Of a stretch of DNA of 32,000 nucleotides, positions 11,273-20,586 are shown one piece after another. The first letter of the stretch is position 1, and every line of letters starts with the position of its first letter. The notes beneath the pieces were generated by a model. It saw only the letters and a program-made list of their open reading frames with translations, did no database searches and was not told the origin of the DNA. The DNA is taken from the NCBI RefSeq assembly GCF_053102575.1, contig NZ_CM129848.1; one strand, written 5' to 3'. Both the position numbers and the translations under genes were made by a program.

Positions 11273-11488
11273 AATTATACGCCATTGGCTTAGAGTAACA
11301 ATCCTTTTTGTACGTCATTGACGTACCCTTGAAACCACTAGCTTACTGATAGTGCTCCAGCAAAACCACGTCTCTGCCGGGTTTGTCTTTACATTTGCGA
11401 GGCGCTTTCCAGATTTTTCACGCCCGTGAATTTCCCGGTATCCATCCAGCAAAAACGGGTGTATAAAACTGTACATTCATACAGCAAA

Positions 11489-12409
11489 ATGAGTTCTACT
11501 ATGGCACTGGAAAAAGGAATTGCAGAGTTAGTCGAAGAGTTTATCGCTGCGGGTCGCCCCTCATCGCGTCAACAAAGTATTGCGCAGCGCAGGGAGGGCT
11601 ATATCGCCAGCGCTGTCCTTGCGGGTGAGACAGAAACGCGGGTAGATATTCAGACTATCGAACTTGAAGGGATGACCTTACGAATAGTGTCGCCGCTTAA
11701 TGCCCCGACATTACTCCCGACGATAATTTATTACTACGGTGGCTGTTTTGTTAGCGGCGGGTTCGCAACTCACGACAACCAGCTGCGCCAGTTAGCCTAT
11801 TACGGGCAATGTCGTGTTATTGCCGTCCAGTATCGGCTGGCACCGGAACATACTTTCCCCGCCGCCCATGATGATGCGCAACGAGGTGCAGAATTAGTCT
11901 GGCAACACGCCGAACGACTCGGCGTTGATAAACAACGGATAACTCTTGCCGGTGACAGTGCGGGCGGACATCTGGCGCTGGTAACTGCTTTGCGATTAAA
12001 GCGTACTGGCGAGTGGCAACCGGCACAACTCATCTTAATTTATCCCATGCTTGATGCGACTGCGCATTTCGAAAGCTACATACGCAATGGTCACGATTAC
12101 ATCATCACACGCGACACTTTACTGAGCGGCTTTGAGATGTATCTGCCAGGCATTGAACGCAGGCATCCTGAAGCCAGCCCTCTTTGGCGCGATGATTTCA
12201 ATGGCTTGCCACCTGTACATATCATTACCGCTGAATACGACCCGCTTTGCGATGAAGGTGAAGCGTTGTATCACCGCATGACAGGGCAAGGAGTACAATG
12301 CACCTGCCAACGCTACCTTGGCGTTATCCACGGATTTTTTCAGTTAGGTGGTATCAGTGAGGCTGCGCGATCGGCGCTGCGGGATGTGGCCTGGAGAGCG
12401 GGAAGGTAA
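11489..12409 (+). CDS. Alpha/beta hydrolase, hormone-sensitive-lipase-like esterase with atypical oxyanion motif
   Basis: GDSAGGH nucleophile elbow (11951-11965 for GDSAG), EYDPLCDEG and IHGF acid/His motifs. YYYGGCF stands where HGGG usually occurs. Frame is open from GTG 11426; start uncertain. Confidence 0.85.
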   Translation: MSSTMALEKGIAELVEEFIAAGRPSSRQQSIAQRREGYIASAVLAGETETRVDIQTIELEGMTLRIVSPLNAPTLLPTIIYYYGGCFVSGGFATHDNQLRQLAYYGQCRVIAVQYRLAPEHTFPAAHDDAQRGAELVWQHAERLGVDKQRITLAGDSAGGHLALVTALRLKRTGEWQPAQLILIYPMLDATAHFESYIRNGHDYIITRDTLLSGFEMYLPGIERRHPEASPLWRDDFNGLPPVHIITAEYDPLCDEGEALYHRMTGQGVQCTCQRYLGVIHGFFQLGGISEAARSALRDVAWRAGR

Positions 12410-12473
12410 CTCCTGAGCAGCGGCACTATGCCGCTTTCACAGGAGTTCTGAATGCTGGTGCTTTCTGTATGGC
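12408..12473 (+). repeat. Copy B of the perfect 66-bp direct repeat
   Basis: Identical to 10592-10657. Begins inside the esterase stop codon (TAA 12407-12409). Confidence 0.97.
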
Positions 12474-12576
12474 TTCGCCATGCCCCTCGCGGCTAAGCGC
12501 CTGCACACATCTCTCTTTGTATTTCATTTTTGCAATGCATTGGCCGAATTCTGATAATCCTAATGAGTTTTACTCT

Positions 12577-14391
12577 TCAGACTCCCATCCCTACGGTATA
12601 CGAGTTAGATTCATGAATGAAATCGACATTTTTAAAAAACGAATCTTGTAAAACATCCGTGTTGATATTACCTTGCAACCCAACATTAAATTTGTTAGAG
12701 AGATGAAGAACTCGAATATCAAAAAGGTCTTTTAACATCATTACTTCTTCGGCTGTTAATGAATCGCAACTAAAATATCCCTGTTGATCAAAAAGGTTTT
12801 CTATTTCTCCATCATCGGCGAGGCGTTTTTCAAAGAGTGTTTGCAACATCGAGTTGCCAAGGACAATGGATATTGTGCGATCTTTCGCAGATTTACACCC
12901 CATCACAACGGCAACATTCGTATCCCCCCCAGAAGTTTCATTTATCGCTGTCGCTAAAATGGTGGTCAAACACGCAAACGGAACTGTATTTCTTTCGTGA
13001 TTTAATTTATCTACCAGTTCATTCCATTTATCAAAAGCCGGGCGATATTTGTTGCGCACAGAAGTATCCGACTGGTTAAACAATTCAGCCATGCGTTTTT
13101 TTATCATCTCGATATCCGGCGAACCAGAAAGACTTTGCGCATAATACGGTCCTGATGATGTTGCATACATTAAAGCCGCGCCCACACCTGTCGCCATAAT
13201 GGGCGCAGCCACGGTTTTGGCAAGGGCGACGCTGCGATGGCTATGCGCTTCACAGGCTAAAGGAACATATTCCACTGACTGCGGTAATTCCTTACATGCC
13301 TCCCTCATCATTGCGGTATGCTTTACAAACAACGGTTTTTCACTGCCCAAAAAAACTTTCTGCTTAATTGCACTAAGAAAACGTAAATCAAAAATGATTG
13401 TTTTTGGTTTATTATTTTTTGGCACATTTCCTATTATCCCGCTGAGAACCTTTCTTGCTGCATGGAGATTTTTTTGCACAGCACATAACACAATTGACGA
13501 AGCCTTCTCTACTGCGTCATTGATTTTAATTTTAAAATCCGCATGATATACGTTGACGGGCAATACAAGTATGTCTGGCGCTACATCTTTGGCTGAGTAT
13601 TTATTGGTGATCGACGGTCGTGAATCCACGAGAAAACTTAGCTGCAAATTATGCTCTATATTACCAGCTGTTTTTGTGGTGTGATTAAACATAGAGATGC
13701 CACCTCTCATTCTTTCACACATATCCTCAACTTTTTCACTTCGTTCTTGTGGCAATTTGGCTTTAACGTTAATTTGATGATTTTTACCCGTGCATTCCTT
13801 AACTACAAGGGGAATGTTATCTAAAGTGCCATACAGGCTAATAACGTCACCAGGATTTTTATCATGTAAGTAAGTTTGATTAATACTCGAAGCATTCACA
13901 AAGAGGTCAATATTATAACTGTTTATAACTTCACCTACATCAAATGTGTAGTGCTTACTCTGGAGGCTGCCATCCTTATTTAATTGTATATCAATCAATA
14001 TATCCCCGGACTTTGTCACCATATCTTTGCCATAAACCATTTGCATAGCCATTTCGAGGAGATTTTTATCTAACTGATTGCGGGCGTTGAGTAAGCGACT
14101 ACCAAATAATTTATATACTGTTCCCGTCATTGCCAGGGCTGCGCTTTCTGGTACTTTGCGTTTCCACAGTGAGGTTTCTCTATTTTTAAACAGGTCATAT
14201 TCATTATTACTCGACAAACCATACTTCAGTTCGTTAACACAATGGAACAGTTGTTCCTCACCTTCCATTTTAAGGCGATGTGAAAAATCATTTAATAGCG
14301 TTTGCTTCGGTGATTCATTACTCATTAGTTGTTTTTCTAAATTAACAACAGAATAACTTTCTTGTTGAATGAGATTAATATTGGCAACCAT
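12577..14391 (-). CDS. Putative SopB/IpgD-like inositol-phosphate phosphatase (orphan effector-like protein), 604 aa
   Basis: Start ATG at 14391 preceded by GGAAAGGAGG-CTGTA. Cx5R motif CKSAKDRT (codons at 12874-12897) resembles the CKSGKDRTG active site of SopB/IpgD, with about 100 residues after it as in SopB. AT-rich. Confidence 0.6.
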   Translation of the reverse strand: MVANINLIQQESYSVVNLEKQLMSNESPKQTLLNDFSHRLKMEGEEQLFHCVNELKYGLSSNNEYDLFKNRETSLWKRKVPESAALAMTGTVYKLFGSRLLNARNQLDKNLLEMAMQMVYGKDMVTKSGDILIDIQLNKDGSLQSKHYTFDVGEVINSYNIDLFVNASSINQTYLHDKNPGDVISLYGTLDNIPLVVKECTGKNHQINVKAKLPQERSEKVEDMCERMRGGISMFNHTTKTAGNIEHNLQLSFLVDSRPSITNKYSAKDVAPDILVLPVNVYHADFKIKINDAVEKASSIVLCAVQKNLHAARKVLSGIIGNVPKNNKPKTIIFDLRFLSAIKQKVFLGSEKPLFVKHTAMMREACKELPQSVEYVPLACEAHSHRSVALAKTVAAPIMATGVGAALMYATSSGPYYAQSLSGSPDIEMIKKRMAELFNQSDTSVRNKYRPAFDKWNELVDKLNHERNTVPFACLTTILATAINETSGGDTNVAVVMGCKSAKDRTISIVLGNSMLQTLFEKRLADDGEIENLFDQQGYFSCDSLTAEEVMMLKDLFDIRVLHLSNKFNVGLQGNINTDVLQDSFFKNVDFIHESNSYTVGMGV

Positions 14392-14800
14392 TACAGCCTC
14401 CTTTCCACAGTTAAGAGCAAACATACAACATAATTATTTATAACATCCAGAGCAGTAAATGAATGATACTGACAATGACACCAATCCATTATCTTTGCAT
14501 AATGTTTGTTAGCTATAAATTTTAAAAATAGTTATGAGAAAAGTATGGCACCAGAGGGGGTTTTGACTATCAAAAATCGCTCAAACATGAACTAAGATGA
14601 TGAATTAAGCATTATCTGCGATAATTGCCATACAGCTCTAAAAATAATATTTAAATGCTCCTGAACAGTGATGTAGCAAGACACGTATGGAGCCAACGAA
14701 GAATAAAAATTTATAGAGTTCTTATTCAATATAACCGAAATAGCCAAGGACTAATATAAATGACCTGAATGAGAGAGGCAGCACCGCCCCTCTCCATCAG

Positions 14801-15790
14801 CTACTCTTCTTCGTTCCCGCCCTCTTCATACGGGCCAAATGGCTTCGCGGGCAGAACGATATACGTGCCTTCAAACACTGCACCCGGCGTCTCGTCGCCA
14901 AAGATTTCGACCTGCATCTGCACCCGTGCTTTTCGTCCGCGCGCCAGACGGTCGAGATCGCCGCTTAAGGCACCGAGGTCGGCTACCGCATGAGGTTTAC
15001 CGCTAATCGGCTTGCTGTAGCGGATATGCGCATCCGCAAGAATAATCGTTCCGCCGAGGTGGCGTTCACGCAGCATCAGCCAGATAAGTCCCCAACCGGT
15101 GAGCGTCGCCAGTGAGAATAAACTCCCGGCAAACAGCGTATGGTGCGGATTCTGATTGCCGGTTTCTGGCATGGTAGTGATAAATTTTTGCCCGGTATAT
15201 TGCTGGATGCGCACGCCCATTTTTTCACTAAGCGGGATATGCTCGTACCACGCCTGTTGCAGCTGCGCGCACCAGTCGCCGCGATGCAAAATATCATCCA
15301 GAGTGGCAACGGGCTTAATCATCAAAAAATGGCGAATCGGCGTGGTGGTTGGGGTGGTGATCTCCCCCTGATTAATGAATCCCAGCTTGGCGAAAAACTC
15401 CACCGCGTCTTCACGGGCGCTACAGGTCACGCGCTTAACGCCTTCCTGACGCGCCACCGACTCCAGGGTCATAGCCATCAGCGTGCCTAACCCTTTGTCC
15501 TGCACGTCGGGATGAACGGCCATAAAGCGAATGGACGCTTCATTGTCGGCATTAATATACAGTCGGCCTACCGCCACCAGATTACCCTGCTCGTCGACGA
15601 CCATCTGGTGATGCGCCATCGCATCCCACGCGTCGCGTTCCGAACCTTTTGGTTGATGCAGGGGCTTACGCAACATTTCCCAGCGAAACTGATAGTAACG
15701 CTCTAATTCTTCTTCTGTTTGTGGAACCCGAAGGTGATACATAGCGATACTCTCTCTTGTTTCCCGTGACAACCCTGGAAGCTGGCTCAT
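14801..15790 (-). CDS. fabY: YiiD/FabY: GNAT N-terminal domain plus thioesterase-like C-terminal domain, fatty acid initiation
   Basis: 329 aa, GNAT motif ([19 protein letters not shown]). Synteny with dtd. Confidence 0.92.
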
Positions 15791-16224
15791 ACCTGCAACC
15801 AGAATGTCACGGGGCCATCATTGACCAGCGATACCTGCATATCCGCAGCGAAGCGTCCTGTTTGCGTGTTCATCTCCTGCTGACGGCAGCGTTCGACGAA
15901 ATAGTCATATAACGCCTCTGCGCGATCCGGTGATGCGCCTTTGGAGAAGCTCGGGCGCATCCCCCGTTCGGTATCTGCGGCAAGGGTAAACTGGGAAACC
16001 ACCAGCACACTGCCGCCCGCCTGTTGCACGTTGAGATTCATCTTGCCTTCAGCATCGCTAAAGATGCGATAGCCGAGTACACGCTCGCACAGACGGTTTG
16101 CTTTCTGTTCGTCGTCATCCTTTTCGACACCCAATAACACCAAAAGTCCCGCGCCAATTTCGCCCGTCACTTCTCCCTCCACGGTGACGCTGGCACGGGT
16201 TACGCGTTGAATTAATGCAATCAT
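15787..16224 (-). CDS. dtd: D-aminoacyl-tRNA deacylase
   Basis: 145 aa, [35 protein letters not shown]...[12 protein letters not shown]. Confidence 0.97.
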
Positions 16225-17093
16225 GGTTCGTCGTCTTCTTCTTGTTCAGCTGCTTGTTTTAGTTTGCGGTATTCCCCGAGAGTGACAGTAATTTCCGCGC
16301 CAAGCAAGACGATACACCATGTCCAGTAGACCCAGACAAAGAGAATGGGGATCACCGCCAGCACGCCATAAATGAGCTGATATGACGGGAACATGGTGAT
16401 ATAAAGCGCGAAACCTTTCTTTCCTGCTTCGAACAGGAGTGCAGCAACAAACGCGCCGACAATCGCGTCGCGGTTAGGTACGCGGATGGTTGGAACAATG
16501 CTGTACAGCAACCAGAAGGAGATCCACGACAACAGCAGCGGAAAAATACGCAGCACGTTGTCGATGACAGTATTGAGATCGCTCGCCCAGCGCAGGGAGA
16601 GCAAATAGGAACTGATCGCCAGACTGGCCCCTGCCAGCAGCGGCCCCAGCGTTAAAATCATCCAGTACACGGCGAACGAGTAAATTTTTGGTCGAGCTCG
16701 TTTACTGCGCCAGATGGTATTCAACGCGCTATCGATGGAGTACATCAACAATAACGCGGTGACGATCAGCCCGCACGCCCCAACGGCGGTCATCTTGTTG
16801 GAATTGGCAACAAATTGTTCGATATACCGCTGAATAACATCGCCAGTAGCAGGCAGAAAGTTGGCAAAAATAAAGTGACGCAACTGAATGCTGACGTCGG
16901 AAAACATGGGAAAAGCGGCGAAAAGCGCAAAAACAACGGCAACCAGCGGCACTAATGAAAGCAACGACACATAGGCAAGGTTACCTGCCAGGGTTGTCAT
17001 GTTGTCCTCATCAATGCGTTGCCAGAGTAGTTTTAGCCAGGCCCATAGTGGACGGGTACGGTGCCTGGCTTTGTCCTGAATGGTTTTTAGCAT
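16221..17093 (-). CDS. yihY: YihY family inner membrane protein (historically rbn)
   Basis: 290 aa, multi-TM, BrkB/YihY family sequence. Overlaps dtd. Confidence 0.94.
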
Positions 17094-17686
17094 AACACCT
17101 TCGCGAAATAGTCCGGGATGGTGGTTTTATCTTTCACCAGAATACTGGTAATGCCCAGCTGATTAGCTCCTTCTATATTATCGGCGTTATCGTCGAAAAA
17201 GACCGTATCGCTGGGTGAAAAACCTTCCGCCTGCAAAACATGCTGGTAAATTCGTGCTTCAGGTTTGCGCATCCCCAGATCTTGCGACAGATAGATATGG
17301 TCAGCAGCATCACGAATTTCCGGGTATTCTTCCGGCCAGAAGGTGGTATGCAGGCGGTTGGTATTGGAAAGCACCACCACGCGATGCCCCTGCTCACGCA
17401 GTTTATGCATGATGGCGATCACTTCCGGGCGCAGCGCAACAAACACCGCCTGCCAGCCGTGAGAGAACTGCTCGTAGCTTAGCGGTAGAGCCATCTCATG
17501 ACACAGCGCCTCTGCGAACGCTTCGTCGCTAATTTCCCCACGCTCATGCTGATGAAACGCCTCCCCCATATGAAAACTCTTCTTAAGCGTAGCCAGCGGA
17601 ATACGCGTTAAATCGCTCCAGGCTCCCAGCACACGGTTAAAGTCGATATCGACAATCACATTACCTAAATCAAAGATATAGAGCAT
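17087..17686 (-). CDS. yihX: HAD-like alpha-glucose-1-phosphatase YihX
   Basis: [19 protein letters not shown] motif I and [13 protein letters not shown] motif IV. Start preferred at 17686 with upstream GGAGG (open frame to 17707). Confidence 0.94.
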
Positions 17687-17784
17687 TTTTGCCTCCTTTC
17701 GCGCCACAAGAAATTAACTGTAGCGGGAAAGGATGGGTTTGGCTATGTGGCAAGGTATGAAGCCAGGTCAACGGTCACAAAAAT

Positions 17785-18570
17785 CTACGCGTCTTCCTGG
17801 GGAAGAATGATTTCAATTTGGCTGTCTTGTAAGCGTGATTTTAGCGCAGCGGGCGGCAGCTCGTCGGTAAAGAGCGCGGTGACCTGTGCCACGTTACCAA
17901 TTTCAACCGCCGCCGAAGCATGATACTTAGTGTGATCGGCGACCAGCAGGATATTTCTCGCGTGCGCCATCATCGTTTTCACCACGTTAGCTTCGTTAAC
18001 ATCAAACTCCATCAACGCGCCATCGCTCTCGATTGCGCCTACGCTTGTTACCAGATAATCAGCACGAAAATCGGCCACAAAGGACGCCGCTGAAGGGCCA
18101 ATGATCCCGCTATTATGAGAGCGCAACGTACCGCCGGGCACCATCACTTCAAAGCGCGGGTTGTGGTAAAGAATATGCGCCACACGCAGGCTGTTGGTGA
18201 TTATCCGCAAATGATTATGGTTAAGTAACGCCCGGGCGACATGCTCAACGGTCGTACCAATGGTGATAAATATTGTTGAACCATCAGGAATATAGTCTGC
18301 CACTGCTTCGGCAATCGCTTTTTTTTCCTCGGTTTGCGAAACCTCACGCTGCTCGAACGCCGTATTAACGACGCTGGAAGCCCGACCCGCGCCACCGTGA
18401 TGGCGCGTAATCAGGCCTTGCTCGCTTAATTTACGAATATCCCGGCGCACCGTCTGCGTGGAGACATCCAGCAGATTTGCCAGCTCATCAATATTCATAT
18501 ACCCACGCTCGGCGATCAGCATGAGGAGTTGGTCGTGCCGCGGGTTACCGGTTAGTTCGGTAAGGCTCAT
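17785..18570 (-). CDS. yihW: DeoR-family transcriptional regulator of the sulfoquinovose locus
   Basis: MSLTELTGNPRHDQLLMLIAERGYMNIDELANLLDVSTQTVRRDIRKLSEQG DeoR HTH. Known as CsqR in E. coli. Confidence 0.95.
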   Translation of the reverse strand: MSLTELTGNPRHDQLLMLIAERGYMNIDELANLLDVSTQTVRRDIRKLSEQGLITRHHGGAGRASSVVNTAFEQREVSQTEEKKAIAEAVADYIPDGSTIFITIGTTVEHVARALLNHNHLRIITNSLRVAHILYHNPRFEVMVPGGTLRSHNSGIIGPSAASFVADFRADYLVTSVGAIESDGALMEFDVNEANVVKTMMAHARNILLVADHTKYHASAAVEIGNVAQVTALFTDELPPAALKSRLQDSQIEIILPQEDA

Positions 18571-18590
18571 GAAAATTCCTCGAAAAACCA

Positions 18591-19499
18591 TCACCCTGGC
18601 ATTTTATACAAAAAGTGACAAAAAAGATCGGGTTTGATCACAGTCAGGGATCCCGGCTCGCCACCGGGACGCGTGCATTTCAACGCCGCTACACCGCTGG
18701 CGAAGCGGACTGACTCCGCTAAATCCCCACCTGTTGCCAGCGCCACCGCCAATGCGCCGTGAAAAACATCACCCGCACCTGTGGTATCTACCACATCAAC
18801 TTTGAAGGCCGGTTGATGTTGACGCCCGCCATTTTCCAGCCAGTCACAGCCTGCGCTGCCCTGGGTCACATAGACATGACCATTTGTGAGCGTTTGTGCC
18901 TGTTTTAGCGCACTGGCCATCTCTTTCACGCCCGTTAAGCGCGCCAGACCCGGTTCTGAAAAGGCCGCATGATCGCTTAATGCCACCAGCTCGCTGATAT
19001 CCTGCGGCGTAATATCACCGTCCAGAACGGTCATCACGCCCGCCTGCCGGGCCAGAGTGAAGGCTTTTTTAGCGCCGTCGTGCCAGCGTACATCTGCCAG
19101 CACAACATCCCACTGAGAGAAATCAATTTCCTCCAACCACTCTGCGTCAGGCAGCAGGTCCGGGCTGGGGTAGTTAATGATTATCCGCTCGCCTGTGGCA
19201 TCCACCATGATGGCGGATTGCGATGATTTCGCCTGGTTATACCGTTTGGTGTAACGGGTGTTAACGCCCCAGGATTCCAGCTCTGCCAGCAGGCTGTTGC
19301 CCGTGTCGTCATCACCTACGCGACCAATAAAATCAACCTGCGCCCCCAGCCTTGCCGCCGCAACCGCTGCCGTCGCCGCTGGCCCGCCACCAACTTCCGT
19401 ATAATTTCTCGCCACGTATTTACCGCTCTCCGTCGGTAACCCTTCCACGTAATAGATGCGATCCATCACGGTTATACCTACACAAGCAACACGAATCAT
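18591..19499 (-). CDS. yihV: 6-deoxy-6-sulfofructose kinase, PfkB family
   Basis: MIRVACVGITVMDRIYYV, GGGPAATAAVAAARLG and DTTGAGDVFHGAL PfkB signatures. Confidence 0.95.
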   Translation of the reverse strand: MIRVACVGITVMDRIYYVEGLPTESGKYVARNYTEVGGGPAATAAVAAARLGAQVDFIGRVGDDDTGNSLLAELESWGVNTRYTKRYNQAKSSQSAIMVDATGERIIINYPSPDLLPDAEWLEEIDFSQWDVVLADVRWHDGAKKAFTLARQAGVMTVLDGDITPQDISELVALSDHAAFSEPGLARLTGVKEMASALKQAQTLTNGHVYVTQGSAGCDWLENGGRQHQPAFKVDVVDTTGAGDVFHGALAVALATGGDLAESVRFASGVAALKCTRPGGEPGSLTVIKPDLFCHFLYKMPG

Positions 19500-19666
19500 G
19501 GTCATTCCTTAAACATTTTGGGATGCGTTCATTTTAATTTCACCAATTGTTTAAAAAGTGACGGCTGTCAATTTTTTGACTATAAATTACAAATACGATC
19601 AAAAACAGACAATCAAAGCGTGTCATAAATGACAAAAAGTGACATCACTGTATTCAGGAGAAGGTT

Positions 19667-20563
19667 ATGGCAGCAATCGCGTTTATCGGTTTAGGACAAA
19701 TGGGTTCGCCAATGGCGAGCAATTTATTGCAGCAAGGGCACCAACTTCGCGTCTTTGATGTGAATGCCGAGGCTGTGCGGCATCTGGTAGACAAAGGCGC
19801 GACTCCCGCCGCCAACCCGGCGCAGGCCGCTAAAGATGCCGAATTTATCATTACCATGTTGCCGAATGGCGATCTGGTGCGCAGCGTGTTGTTCGGTGAA
19901 AACGGCGTTTGCGAAAGCTTATCTACCGATGCGCTGGTCATTGATATGTCGACCATCCATCCGCTGCAAACCGATAAATTGATTGCCGATATGCAAGCCA
20001 AAGGCTTCAGCATGATGGATGTTCCGGTAGGCCGTACTTCTGCAAATGCCATTACCGGTACTCTGTTACTGCTGGCTGGCGGCACCGCTGAACAAGTTGA
20101 ACGTGCCACGCCGATCCTGATGGCGATGGGCAGTGAGTTGATCAACGCTGGCGGTCCGGGCATGGGGATCCGCGTTAAGCTCATCAACAACTATATGAGC
20201 ATCGCGCTCAATGCGCTTTCGGCAGAAGCTGCCGTTTTGTGCGAAGCCCTGAATCTTCCCTTCGATGTTGCCGTCAAAGTGATGAGCGGTACCGCCGCCG
20301 GTAAAGGCCACTTCACCACTTCCTGGCCAAACAAAGTCCTCAGCGGAGATCTTTCTCCCGCCTTCATGATCGATCTTGCCCATAAGGATCTTGGCATCGC
20401 CCTTGATGTCGCCAACCAGCTGCATGTGCCAATGCCGCTGGGGGCCGCCTCACGGGAGGTTTATAGCCAGGCGCGCGCAGCGGGTCGCGGTCGCCAGGAC
20501 TGGTCCGCCATTCTGGAACAGGTCCGTGTCAGTGCCGGGATGACTGCCAAAGTAAAAATGTAA
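19667..20563 (+). CDS. yihU: 3-sulfolactaldehyde reductase
   Basis: 298 aa, [20 protein letters not shown] Rossmann, beta-hydroxyacid dehydrogenase family. Confidence 0.95.
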   Translation: MAAIAFIGLGQMGSPMASNLLQQGHQLRVFDVNAEAVRHLVDKGATPAANPAQAAKDAEFIITMLPNGDLVRSVLFGENGVCESLSTDALVIDMSTIHPLQTDKLIADMQAKGFSMMDVPVGRTSANAITGTLLLLAGGTAEQVERATPILMAMGSELINAGGPGMGIRVKLINNYMSIALNALSAEAAVLCEALNLPFDVAVKVMSGTAAGKGHFTTSWPNKVLSGDLSPAFMIDLAHKDLGIALDVANQLHVPMPLGAASREVYSQARAAGRGRQDWSAILEQVRVSAGMTAKVKM

Positions 20564-20586
20564 CGACTGGATAAAGGAATAAATGA

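Noticed and set aside
12819-12838. ggcgaggcgtttttcaaa resembling the shared upstream block of yiiE/yiiF
   Set aside because: It lies within the SopB-like coding sequence and the match is short; likely chance.
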